Shown: positions 1 to 11,636, counted from the stretch's first letter. The stretch: DNA of 44,434 bases from Nemertoderma westbladi (GCA_032718475.1 JAUCBJ010005187.1:1-44434), one strand, 5' to 3'. The notes: a model not told the origin generated them from the sequence alone. A program made the numbers and translations.

Positions 1-325
1 TCGTCCTCTCTTCTATGTTGTTCGGCCTGCCGTTCGGCCTCTCTTCTATGTTGTTCGGCCTGCCGTTCGGCCTCTCGTCTATGTTGTTCGGCCTCCTGTT
101 TGCGTTGTTCGGCCTGCCGTTCGGCCTCTCGTCTATGTTGTTCGGCCTCCTGTTTGCGTTGTTCGGCCTGTCGTTCGGCCTCTCGTCTATGTTGTTCGGC
201 CTCCTGTTCGCGTTGTTCGGCCTCCTGTTTGCGTTGTTCGACCTGTCGTTCGGCCTCCCGTCTATGTTGTTCGGCCTCCTGTTCGCGTTGTTCGGCCTGT
301 CGTTCGGCCGCTTGTTCGGCCTCTC
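1..325 (-). repeat. Coding tandem repeat (coiled-coil EAEQREQ/EAEQHRREAERQ units) inside the gag-like ORF
   Basis: Repeated GTTGTTCGGCCT cores in frame-preserving units; they encode a charged coiled coil on the minus strand. Confidence 0.85.
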
Positions 326-968
326 GCCTCTGTGTTTCGGCGGCTAGTACATCTTGCTCGGCTTGCAGTTGAATATACTCATCTTCCATCCGAGCTTTGA
401 GGGCTAATGCCTTCCGTTCTCTCAGTTGGTCTCGGAGTGGCGGCGCCCCTTGAGAACTGCGCGCTGAGCCGGATATCTCGCTCCTAGCGCTGGAGTGCTG
501 ATTTCTGGTGGACCCCATTCTCTTGTGATGTACTCCTGTCCTGATGCTGGAGGATCGTACTGATTCCGCGTCTGTTCTTTCAGCCCTCTTGTAATACTGT
601 TCCTCATAGCCTCTCACCAGGCTGAGGGTCCTCCGGTGTTGTTTGCGGAACCCATCTAGATGTACAACGTGTTCTTCCAGCTTGGGGTAGTTTTCCTGAT
701 CGGTGGGAGGAACGAGCTCTTGGTACGCCTGTATCATTCTTTCGTACCGCTGTAGGATATTTCGGATACTTTGAAGCTGAGTTTGTACCTCATTGAGGGG
801 GGTTTTGACTCCCTTGAGTTGTTTCTCCATCCGTTGATACGCTCGGGTTACTCCGCCTTTAAGAGCCCCTAACCGACGGGTCATGTTCTTGACGTTTGGG
901 ACCTCGTCGGCTTCCGAGTCTGTGTGGTGATCCATCTCGTCGGTATCGGATATGTTATTTGTGGTCAT
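1..968 (-). CDS. BEL/Pao-like retrotransposon gag N-terminus (ORF runs off the left edge of the window)
   Basis: Minus-strand frame open from ATG 968 (MTTNNISDTDEMDHHTDSEADEVPNVKNMTRRLGALKGGVTRAYQRMEKQL...) to the window edge; missing from the ORF track, presumably because no stop lies in the window. An RxxGxxKxxxTR helical N-terminus, S/R-rich linker and EAEQ/EAERQ coiled-coil repeats resemble BEL/Pao gag. No DUF1759 or pol is in view, so the family is inferred. Confidence 0.6.
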   Translation of the reverse strand, partial: MTTNNISDTDEMDHHTDSEADEVPNVKNMTRRLGALKGGVTRAYQRMEKQLKGVKTPLNEVQTQLQSIRNILQRYERMIQAYQELVPPTDQENYPKLEEHVVHLDGFRKQHRRTLSLVRGYEEQYYKRAERTDAESVRSSSIRTGVHHKRMGSTRNQHSSARSEISGSARSSQGAPPLRDQLRERKALALKARMEDEYIQLQAEQDVLAAETQRREAEQAAERQAEQREQEAEQHRREAERQVEQRKQEAEQREQEAEQHRREAERQAEQRKQEAEQHRREAERQAEQRKQEAEQHRREAERQAEQHRREAERQAEQHRRED

Positions 969-1156
969 TGTAACGCCTCGTCGATGGCGAGATACGCGAT
1001 GTCGTAAAACAGTTCCTCGTAGGTATTGTACTCAGCTTGGACCACCCGAACAGTAATCCTGAATCGTCCAACGTTCGTTCCTTGTACCTCAACTTCGACG
1101 TGCCAGATTCCTGGCTCAACTTGAATTATATCAATGGGTGTGATCGATACTTCCAT
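965..1156 (-). CDS. 63-aa small ORF immediately upstream of gag, with its stop overlapping the gag start (ATGA)
   Basis: MEVSITPIDIIQVEPGIWHVEVEVQGTNVGRFRITVRVVQAEYNTYEELFYDIAYLAIDEALQ; non-repetitive, with alternating hydrophobic beta-strand patterns then an amphipathic helix. TGA (967-965) overlaps ATG (968-966). Confidence 0.55.
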   Translation of the reverse strand: MEVSITPIDIIQVEPGIWHVEVEVQGTNVGRFRITVRVVQAEYNTYEELFYDIAYLAIDEALQ

Positions 1157-1785
1157 TCCCTGTTAACAACTCTCCCGAATTGTGATCTGCCGACTACGAG
1201 TTGGTTAGATCGAGTTTGTTGTTTAATTAAACCACGACTTTGTCTCAACTCAAATACCAGAGTTTCCTCGTATTGCAGTTTTTGAAGAGTATTGAAGGAT
1301 TCTCAACTTCCACCAGTTGAAGTTGACCGTAATTATCCTTAATTTTGACACCGTGTCAAAATTAACCGCATTAATTATTCTTAATTTTGTTGCCGTTATT
1401 CCTACACCAGGGGGAAAAACGCCGATGCTGGAGACGTGACTTAACAGACCACCGAGCCCCGGCCAGTCACCGGATATTGATTGTGGGGAGGGAATATTTC
1501 TAAGATGCAAGTTTGCGGTTGAGAAAAGCTGCATTAGTTAGATATACTCTTTAATGTAACTTCCTATAGTTGAAAACCTGTTGAAACCTGATTAAGAATA
1601 ATTTTGGGCTTCCCCAAATCAATATACACCAAATATTCACAATAAGTATACACGATAATATAAATCCCTACGGTATATTATTTAATAACCCACTGTTCGC
1701 TCAGAATTTTAGCCTACCTAATGTTCCCCAGATTTTCCCTCAGTCCCAGTCTTAGTGCCGTAGTGTCGGTGTCGGTCGACCCTGT

Positions 1786-2682
1786 CGCGTGTCCGTTCCA
1801 CCCCTCACGAACCCCGAAGGGAACGATCATCGAGAACCAGCACGGCTTGGCTAAGGGTCGGTCCAGTCGGTAGACTCTGTCGCGTATCCGTACCACCCCT
1901 CTCGAACCCCGAAGGGTTCGGTCATCGAGAACCAGTACGGCTTGGCTAGGAGTCTGTCGTGTCGGTGGACCCGTTCGCGTGTCCGTTCCACCCCTCACGA
2001 ACCCCGAAGGGTTCGATCATCAAGAACCAGAACGGCTTGGCTAGGGGTCCGTCAGTTCATCACAGAAACCCAACCACCTAGGCTTTCCGAGTCCTTTTCA
2101 GGCTCGTAGTCGCTTCGGCAGCCGAGAAACTGCTCCGAACAGTCGGTAGGCCAGTAGAGTCTAGTCGAGTCTAGTCCTTTGTCTTTCGACCCCATCGCGT
2201 GTCCGTTCCACCCCTCACGAACCCCGAAGGGAACGATCATCGAGAACCAGAACGGCTTGGCTAAGGGGTCTGTCGTCGGTTCCCGTCGCGAATCACAGTC
2301 AAGCAGTCAGCGTTCCGAGTCCTTTTCAGGCTCGTAGTAGCTGCAGTTGACCCGAGACCGCTAAGGGCAGTCCTTGTCAAACCAGTCCTGTGGCCAGCCC
2401 TTTCGCATGTCCGTCCCACCCCTCACGAACCCCGAAGGGATCGGTCATCGAGAACCAGTACGGCTTAGGTCAGGGGGCAGTCTTAAGTTGGCCACCTGTT
2501 CGCGTGTCCGCTCCACCCCTCACGAACCCCGGGGTTCGATCATCGAGACCCAGAACGGCTTGGCTACTAAGGGGCCGTCGGTGCCCGTCGCAAATCCCTG
2601 ACACAAGCAGTCAGCGTTCCGAGTCCTTTTCAGGCTCGTAGTAGCTGCCGTTGGCCAGGGACCGCTAAGGGCAGTCCTTGTC
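1786..2682 (-). ncRNA. Array of structured RNA modules (6x kink-turn/UUCG hairpin, 3x GAAA hairpin), putative retroelement 5' leader
   Basis: Module A starts at 1786, 1881, 1976, 2196, 2404, 2501; module B at 2085, 2313, 2617. Canonical cUUCGg and GAAA tetraloops read only on the minus strand; compensatory and wobble changes occur between copies. Confidence 0.6.
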
Positions 2683-2981
2683 CTTTAGGCCTGGCACATT
2701 ACCAAATCCACCCCTACAGGCAGCAGGAAGTTGGCCAGGGCCTAATAGTACTCAGGCTAACCTGAATACTGCTTGCATTTTCCATCCCCCCTGGCCCTTA
2801 TAACTATGAAATTATTCCCGTACCCTGTAAGTTGCCCCAAAGTTCGCCCATAAATCGCCCCCAGTTTATTGAATGTGCCCAAAACCCATGGTCCCGCACC
2901 CAGTAGTAATATCGGAATAATCAATTTTAATAAAATACAAAAATATTCAACTCGCGTTATGGAAAGTTGAAATACCGCGAA

Positions 2982-4350
2982 CATAAGGTGCCGTTTGCCC
3001 TACTTGTTGTCTTCTTTTGAATTGTAAAGTTTAGATAAATCTTCTAGATAAATTTTTCGATAAATCTTTGTCATTTACGTTCAAATATACTGTAAACTCA
3101 GAACATGTAGCCTTGTAGCTTTTAGCGTATCTACCTTGAACAGCCAAACGCTTTCGGGAATGGCTGCCTAGACCTTTAGGCCACAGCAACGCAAGGTGAA
3201 GGGATGTCCATGACGCATAAATGAACCCGCACTATCTTCGCCCACGTCCATTTGGTCGTCCATTGCGTCTATTGCTGATCGCGCCCACGTCAGAGGGGGT
3301 AAGACTTTGTTCGATACCTTTGCCCGCCGTAAGTTCCTTAGATCAGGGTGAAGCATGACGCCATCCTGGGACGCCGTAAAATTTAGGACCAAATATCTCA
3401 GATTCAGACAGGAAAAACCCGGGTCAACCTGTATCTCTTATATAGGTGCGAGCTGATGCTGTTTGTTAGTATGCGCAAGCAAGTACGCTAGGTGCAAATA
3501 GCACGCTTTATAATTTGGTGATTTGCTGTACTAGCAGTACAGTACCGGTTAGCCCTGTAGGCCTTGCAGTTTGACTGACCTGTCTGAGTCCAAAGTATTT
3601 GATTAGGCAAGAGGCAGCTTTCTGCTACCGGCATGCATTTTGGCTAAGGGAGGTTTACTAACAATCTACCGCGCCCTTGCCACATACTGATAGGTATTTA
3701 TTGCAGACCACCGCGGTAACAAAATTCTAGAATTAAATTACATACCAGATCAGCTAGACGTAGGTAGTAAATTAACACCCATTTCATTATCTCACAATCA
3801 GAATCTGGTATCAGTGCCAATCGCGGGCGTAGTTACTAACACAGTAATTGCCTGACTGAGTTGTGAATATAGGAGGAGAGATCCCTTTTGACGTCAGTTT
3901 GTAAGTATTACGCCTACAGCGTGCGGCTAGCATATTCAAGTAGCTAGCGCCCGGTATTGTAATTTTGTTAAAATCACCAAAACCTAGTATAACAGCGGTA
4001 CACCAAAATTGTTTTATCGTAACACACACACACGCGTCTTGAGATCTACCGGTTTACAGATAGGATTATTATTACTTGTAGAAATATTTGGTATTTGTTT
4101 GATCAGGCTGTTTTTAGCAAGTTTGAGAGGTAAAAATATTCGCCCGCGACGGTGGAAATGGAATAGTTCTCGTCTGGTTTGTATCTGGGGATCTGTATGA
4201 CTGGAAGATCAAAGGAACGTAAGTTTTACGACTCGTGTCGTTTAAATTTAAGAGCACAGTAATACTCAAAATTTGTGGGTTCCACTATCTAATTTATGCA
4301 TTCATTGGTACTTATTTTCCCCTAGTCGTTGCTGTTTTGCCTATTATTCG
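2982..4350 (+). mobile_element. Non-coding LTR/leader-like sequence, copy 1 (diverged homolog of 21690-23070)
   Basis: Colinear shared blocks at about an 18.76-18.79 kb offset, e.g. TGGCTGCCTAGAC (3161) vs TGGCTGGCTAGAC (21920); CTAACAATCTACCGCGCCCTTGCCACATACTGATAGG (3658) vs CTAACATCTACCGTGTCCCCGCCAACATCCTGATAGG (22451). Confidence 0.5.
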
Positions 4351-4762
4351 TACTTGTTATCTATATTTTGATAGCGTATACTGCTTTCTACCATATTTGT
4401 ACAGATTTAGCCGGTAGGCTGAATTTTTTATTATTTTATTATATACCTTTTGATTTATTTTGTACCGGTTAGGGTATATATATAATATATATATATATAT
4501 ACCAAGCTAAGTCTGACATTTTGACACTTCGACATTCGACATAAACGCAGGTCCATCTCTCTCTATAAGTAAACTACGGCTTATAGTGGGTGGCCTGCTT
4601 TACCTTACCTGCTAGAATCGGTTATGAAGTCGCTCGTGGCTGCGGAACCGATTCAGGTAAAACAAACCTGTTATTTTGAATTGCACACACAGGCGATATT
4701 TCTTTTGGCTTCGCAACTATGATCGGTTTTACTGGTGTCGTGGGTTTGAGCATAGGAATAAC

Positions 4763-5235
4763 TTAGGGAAAACGCTGACAATAATCCTCGACAAATTCCT
4801 CTCCCCGCTCATTCGCTCCTACACTTCTTTTCTGTAATCGTTTCTGGATTCCGCGATATCGAGTCTCCATGCAATCCAGTGCAGACAAGTCATGTCCAGT
4901 TCGAGATCTTATAGATCTATCTCTCGCGTCGAGTTCGAGATCCTCTTTTGTGTTTGCCAACTTGCGCGATCTGCGATTTAGTTCGAACTGGAGCTGCATC
5001 TCTCTTTCGCGTTGGTCAGCCTGCTGCTGTTGCACCGCTAACTCCGCTTCCCGTACAGCCAAACGAGCGTTTATCTGTTGCACTTCCAGTTTGGCATGTG
5101 CTTCGGAAGCTGCCTTGTCTCGCGCTAACTCAGCTGCTGCTAATGCTGTCTGTCGCGCTATTTCCTCCTCCAATTTGCGCATCTCTGACGCTTCAAATTC
5201 GGCTTTGGTTGGAACTGTGCTATCATTATGTACGT
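4763..5235 (-). pseudogene. Coiled-coil gag-like fragment (BEL/Pao-like), isolated
   Basis: ORF 4763-5182 (open to about 5235) encodes an E/A/Q/R-rich coiled coil ending in EEFVEDY, similar in composition to the region preceding the BEL gag core. No flanking domains. Confidence 0.35.
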
Positions 5236-5388
5236 AGGCCCTACAGTATAACTATGCACAATTATTTGTTGTATTTCGTAAAACTAATCCAGTTATGTTT
5301 TTCTTATCTAAGCCTCATTTGTAACTGGGAATTGTGGAATATAGCCTACTCTTAGATTGGACTGTTGGATATGGTGGGATATTTCCGG

Positions 5389-6635
5389 GTAGGAGTTTGG
5401 GAGGCTTGACTCGGATATATTAAGAGTAGTAGGAGTTTGGGCGGGTTGGCTCGGATATATAAAGAGTAGTAGGAGTTTGGGCGGCTTGGCTCAGATATAT
5501 AAAGAGTAGTAGGATTTGGGCGGCTTGGCTCAGATATAGTAAGAGTAGTAGGAGTTTAGGCGGCTTGGCTCGGATATATAAAGAGTAGCAGGAGCTTGGG
5601 CGGCTTGACTCGGATATATTAAGAGTAGTAGGGGTTTGGGTGGCTTGGCTCGGATATATAAAGAGTAGTAGGAGTTTGGGCGGCTTGGCTCGGATATATA
5701 AAGAGTAGCAGGAGCTTGGGCGGCTTGACTCGGATATATTAAGAGTAGTAGGGGTTTGGGTGGCTTGGCTCGGATATATAAAGAGTAGTAGGAGTTTGGG
5801 TGGCTTGGCTCGGATATATAAAGAGTAGTAGGAGTTTGGGCGGCTTGGCTCGGATATATAAAGAGTAGTAGGGGTTTGGGCGGCTTGGCTCAGATATAGT
5901 AAGAGTAGTAGGAGTTTAGGCGGCTTGGCTCGGATATATAAAGAGTAGCAGGAGCTTGGGCGGCTTGACTCGGATATATTAAGAGTAGTAGGGGTTTGGG
6001 TGGCTTGGCTCGGATATATAAAGAGTAGTAGGAGTTTGGGCGGCTTGGCTCGGATATATAAAGAGTAGTAGGAGTTTGGGCGGCTTGGCTCGGATATATA
6101 AAGAGTAGTAGGAGTTTGGGCGGCTTGGCTCGGATATATAAAGAGTAGTAGGAGTTTGGGCGGCTTGGCTCGAATATATTAAGAGTAGTAGGAGTTTGTT
6201 GGCTCGACTCGGATATATAAAGAGTAGTAGGAGTTTGGGTGGCTCGGCTCGGATATATAAAGAGTAGTAGGAGTTTGGGCGGCTTGGCTCGGATATATAA
6301 AGAGTAGTAGGAGTTTGGGTGGCTTGGCTCGGATATATAAAGAGTAGTAGGAGTTTGGGGGTGGCTTGGCTCGGATATATAAAGAGTAGTAGGAGTTTGG
6401 GTGGCTCGGCTCGGATATATAATATAAAGAGTAGTATGAGTTTGGGCGGCTTGGCTCGGATATATTAAGAGCAATAGGAGTTTGGGTGACTTGGCTCGAA
6501 TATATATAGAGTAGTAGGAGTTTGGGTGGCTCGGCTCGGCTCGGATATAGAATGAGTAGTAGGAGTTTGGGGGCGGCTTGGCTCGGATATATAAAGAGTA
6601 GTAGGAGTTTGGGTGGCTCGGCTTGGATATATTAA
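5389..6635. repeat. ~40-bp minisatellite (CTCGGATATATAAAGAGTAGTAGGAGTTTGGGCGGCTTGG)
   Basis: About 30 head-to-tail copies with point variants and no spacers. Confidence 0.95.
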
Positions 6636-6688
6636 GGCAAATGTTTTAGCACAACATAGAAGTGACATATTATTTAAAAGATTATTCT

Positions 6689-7010
6689 ATAACAACTTTG
6701 TACAACTGTATTTGCCCTTAATCTATTACAACTTAGTACAATTGTATTTGCCCTTAGTCTATGACAACTTAGTACAACTGTATTTGCCCTTAATCTATTA
6801 CAACTTAGTAGTTAGTACACTGTATTTGCCCTTAATCTATTACAACTTAGTACAACTGTATTTGCCTTTAATCTATTACAACTTAGTACAACCGTATTTG
6901 CCCTTAATCTATTACAACTAGTGTACAACTGTATTTGCCCTTAGTCTATAACAACTTAGTACATCTGTATTTGCCCTTAATCTATTACAACTTAATCTAT
7001 TACAACTCAG
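6689..7010. repeat. 36-bp minisatellite (TACAACTGTATTTGCCCTTAATCTATTACAACTTAG)
   Basis: About 8-9 tandem copies. Confidence 0.9.
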
Positions 7011-7139
7011 TGCAACTCAGTGTGGCTGATTTTGACATCTTGTACCCTGATTATTCATCTACGTATGTAATCCTATCAAATTGTGCAGACTGCACTTATT
7101 TAGGTTCTATTATCACCCAGAAAGGTAGACTTAACGGTT

Positions 7140-7400
7140 CTATTCGTGCACATGGGAAAGACAAAGCGAACTTATTTTGTACCGATACATGTCTCCAATT
7201 TGGTTAATTAATACATAGAAAACAATAATATATGTTAGAGGATCCAATCCGCTGCACCACCCAGCGAGAATATGGGGAATTCGTGATTTACGAATTATGA
7301 TCCAATATGCAATATTGTCCAACGCAATATTGCATAAGACAATATACTGCCAGCTGGAGAGAGATACCAATACATCTCAGCGCGTGGGCTGGGAGCCATT
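7140..7400 (-). pseudogene. Possible 7TM receptor (TM6-TM7) pseudogene fragment
   Basis: HILAGWCSGLDPLTYIIV contains a DPxxY motif like rhodopsin-class TM7; a hydrophobic stretch (ALRCIGISLQLAVYCLMQYCVG) lies upstream in another frame. Weak evidence. Confidence 0.2.
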
Positions 7401-7408
7401 CTTCGCGT

Positions 7409-9685
7409 CAGCGGGGGTAACTATAACTGTAACTGTAATTGCGAATTTTGAATACTGTAACTGTAACTGAAACTGTAATTAGGAAATTTGAATACTGTAA
7501 CTGTAACTGAAACTACTAAAAATCGATTCAGTTCTCAACCACACAATTAACATAAATGAGCACTTGAAACAGTATTGTAATAGTTTAATAAATTAATAAC
7601 AGTGGTCGATATGGGTATCATTTTTAAAACATTTGTATTTTTATTTATTATTATCGTTTTGAACCTTGATAGTAGTCAAGTGGTCCAAAGACCCATTGCA
7701 CACTTAGCTCAACTGTGATTTATTTGGCGAGTCAAGCATCGAGTAATGAACGAAGATCTAGCATACTGTAGTTCTAATTAGTCATGTTTATCTATCTCAA
7801 CTATTAGACTATTATCAGCCTTATCAGCACTCTTTGCTTCCTAAATATCGCATACCAAATGTAAATGTTTTAGATACACAAAAATATAGTTAATGGTAAT
7901 GGTCGGTAGAGGGATATAACGGATATATAATTTACATTATGAATTATTAATGTTACTGGTACTATTAATATCACAGGGGATATCACACTAGAGGTACACT
8001 GGAAATTACATTTTTATCAAATTTACCATTATAAATTACAAAATTACGATTAAACTTAAAAAGTGAAAGGAGTAGCTTAACGAGGTGGGTCTAATCAAAA
8101 CTACAAATATATGATTACTACAACAAATTATAAATTAAGGAAAATGATGAGCAGGTTTCAGAAGCATGGCCTTTATAACCAAAACAATAAATGATAACAG
8201 TACAAGCACTGAAACAAGATGTACAGTAAAATGTGGGTACCTTGAGTTGATCTTGAGTTGATCTTTTTCATTACATACAGTACTATCAGTAGGCCCTATA
8301 TTAGTTACAAAATATTACCATAGATGGGGTCCATCTTTCCTACAACAACTACCTATACCGCTCAGGCAGTCAGGCTCTATAAAGAGCCAGTTTCGTAATG
8401 AATATTATTATTAGTATATATTACAGTAATATATATTAAAGTGACTCACTTTTAGTTTTAGATAAAACCTTTTGTACTTGGCAAGTGACTCATTGGCAAG
8501 GATGTTTTACGTTACGTTACGGTATTGCGTCACATTACGGTTGAAAACCTGAACTTTTTACGTTACGATATTACATTACAGAATAATTTCAAAATTACAT
8601 TACGTTACTGTATTCCGAAAAAAATAATTGCGTATTACCGAAAAAACCGTAACGTAATAACCGGTTCTGATTGCCATAGGACCACAAAGAGATATTTAAA
8701 GTTTCATCCTAATTTTGTTTGAAAATCGGAAAATTATAGTTACAATGTTTTGAAATTGCAAATTAAAATAACTTTAATAAAAAAAATAACTTTAAATTGG
8801 TAGAACGGCTTGGCTTGTGTTGTAATAGGTTGTCATAATAAGACATACAGGTAGCGGTGGTCATGTAGGTAGGCCTACCATGTACCCTACTGACCTGTCC
8901 TGTAAATGTATGATCTATACCATTACAGCATACTGCGTTATTATAGGCTACAGCTAGGATAGAGCAGAGATTCAGTATAAATAGTTCAGTCAGTAGCCCT
9001 TGCTTAACATTAATTAAAACTTAATGTTTAATTAAAACTTAATTTAACTATTAATTAATTATTAATTACAACTTCATCATAAATAACTGGAGAAGCCAGG
9101 AAGCTGGCTATAAGGATACCGTGTACAGACAAACAAAACCTAAAATTATTTAGCTTTATATTGAATAGCTAGAACGTTCAAGTGAAAGTTTTTTGTCGAA
9201 AGATTTACTTTTTTGTCCAAAATGATTGCTTGGTAGATAAAACAAATATTACACTATTACGTTACGGTTTACGGTAAAGATATACAGTAATATTACGTTA
9301 CGGTATTGAAAAAGCTATTTCGTTACAGAAAAATATTGAGCTACGGTATTCCTGAAAAGATACCGTAACGTAACGTAACAACATCCTTGCTCATTGGGTG
9401 AATGACTGCACTGTACCCCGCCCCAATGAGACTGAAATTATTTCAATGACTGCTTACTATGTGGGATAATATATTGAATCTATAACTGAAACTGTAACTG
9501 AAATTTTATCGCGATCAAAACTGTAACTGAAACTGAAATGCTCAATTTTGTAATACTGAAACTGTAACTGAAATGTTACACTTTGTAAGAATGAAACTGT
9601 AACTGTAACTGAAATGCAAAACTTTGAATACTGAAACTGTAACTGTAACTGAAATTAGTTAAAATTGATTCAGTTCTCAACACTA
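7409..9685. mobile_element. Non-autonomous DNA element with ACTGTAACTGAA subterminal repeats
   Basis: Clusters of ACTGTAACTG(A/T)A at 7418-7515 and 9481-9655, each followed by GATTCAGTTCTCAAC. Ends and TSD are not resolved. Confidence 0.45.
8497..9389. mobile_element. hAT-type MITE nested in the previous element
   Basis: TIRs CAAGGATGTT...TTACGTTACGTTACGGTAT / ATACCGTAACGTAACGTAA...AACATCCTTG; exact 8-bp TSD CTCATTGG at 8489-8496 and 9390-9397. Confidence 0.9.
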
Positions 9686-11431
9686 CTTACGACATCGTGA
9701 GGCAATACCAAGGTATTGAAGGAGGATTCACTACTGCATGGCGAGCCCTGGACAGGGAATTCGGCCATCCTGCGAAGATTATCCGACAAACTTTAAGGGG
9801 AATAACATCAGGCGGACTCGCAGATAACCCCGTTAGCATCAAGACTTTCGCTAACAAAGTAGAGAAAGCGCTAATAGTATTAAAGACTCTAGATGCATCT
9901 TACGAACTCAATGCATCAAACAACATCACCATGATAGCACAGGCACTACCGATTTGGCTGAGAAACAAATGGAGAAAGATCGCTTTCTCCACTCGAGAAA
10001 GGAAATGTGTGGAGCCAGGGTTGGAGGAGATGTCGAACTTCCTTAACTACGAGGCGGAGTTAATAACAGATCCAGTCTATAGTGAGGACAGTCTCGGTAA
10101 GGTTTGCGGAATGCAGCCGACCTAAACCGGAACATAGTCCGGCGGATGCATTTCCGAAAGTGAGACAGTCGCTACCGCAGTGCTGGACTTCTAGTCCACA
10201 GAGAGCTGGGAGTAGAGCCCCACCGTGGCAGGAACAGAAGCAAAGTAACAACACAAACAAATACAAACCCAATACCCCCAGTAGGCCGAGTCCAAATAAC
10301 CAAAACACTAAACCACTAGATATGAATCTAAGCGCAATACGTGAAGCTAAAGGAACGCTACAACCCCCCATACAAATGTCAATTGCATAGAGATGGGACC
10401 CATAAGACCATAGATTGTAAGCATTGGCAGGCGTTACTCAAACAAGATCGGATAGCCTACACTGGTAAGAATGGACTATGTCATCGATGCGTGGTAGGAG
10501 GACACTGGAAGGATGAGTGCCAGGAACCACCGATAAAATATGCCGAGACTGATGAGATTGGAGGCCAAACCATGGCAATGAAGGAAGGAGCAAGGAGGAA
10601 GAGGACAGTACTACTCGGGAGTAGTACCAGTGAGAATAATAGGAGAGAACGGGCTATCGGTTACGACACTAATGTTGGTCGATAGTGGAGCAGCATTCAT
10701 GCTAACGGAGAGTTGGGTGGCCGAGAAGATAGGATTACGAACCAGGCCAAGTAAAATGGCGGTGACCACGATCTCAAGCAAAGACGAGATCATGAAGATG
10801 AGGGGGGGACGATGCGAGATTGCAGCGATAACGCCAGGGTGCGACTATGGGGATACCATCGAACCCATTCAGATAATAGAGTCGATCAACATTAACGCCA
10901 GGCGACCTACGAAGATCGAGGTCGAGCAGTACCGGTACCTGGACGACATCGACTTTTCCGTACCGGAACTGGACGTCCCAAAAGTCTCTCTCATAGTCGG
11001 CATGGATTGTCCAGAAAGTTAGAGGAGACGTGTTGCGCACGGGGCTGGCAGAGTGCGAGGGGGCATTAAATGGTAAGCCATTATGCGTACCGAAGGATGA
11101 CCAAGGGTCATCGGGGGCTTCAATGCAGGCGCACATATTGAGGGGGAGGCCAGCAGAGGTGGCATGTACCAGTGAGGATGACATGAAGGGCGGCATTCTA
11201 CCGCCAAGTGACGACAAGATGAAGGGTGGCATTTTACTGCCAAGGGACCACGAGGAGATCCGTGAGGTGACGGAAAGACCCGATTTAAGGGTGGAGGAGA
11301 AGGAAAGGTCAATTCCAAGAGAGTTGGAATTGACAAGGAGAGTGGGGCGAAGAATAAGAGGACCTACAGGGGGGCAGTGGGAGAGTTGCCTGCTGGAAGA
11401 ATCGCCCTTAGGTTGTCGAGTCGTCCAATAA
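9686..11431 (+). pseudogene. BEL/Pao gag core, Zn knuckles and aspartic protease, frameshifted; no RT follows
   Basis: AWRALDREFGHP...LPIWLRNKW...FLNYEAELITDPVYS (BEL gag core), CQLHRDGTHKTIDC and CHRCVVGGHWKDEC knuckles, LVDSGA protease motif, LIVGMDCP, ESPLGC; spread over several frames. Confidence 0.85.
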
Positions 11432-11636
11432 GTTGGACTGAGGGGGTGGGAATGAGGGCAATACACCCTTATAAATAAAATAAGTAGTTAGTACCAAGGT
11501 ATGCTGTAGGTAGACATTATGTACATCTGATGGGTACGGACGTACCAATGTACATAATATACGAGTGTAGGTAGTGACAATTACGTACGTCGAATGGGTA
11601 CAATAATGTACCAAGGTACATACGTACATACGCACT

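Noticed and set aside
15-372. Plus-strand hydrophobic and Cys-rich ORFs
   Set aside because: Antisense shadows of the coiled-coil gag repeat.
1786-2566. SECIS elements or hammerhead ribozymes
   Set aside because: The AUGA/GA core is present, but the upper helix is only 7 bp with a UUCG loop and no AAR, and it lies 5' of the ORFs. There is no CUGANGA plus GAAA hammerhead core within module A.
7020-7135. Coding segment containing TYLGSIIT
   Set aside because: At most a tiny LINE RT relic; too short to support a feature.
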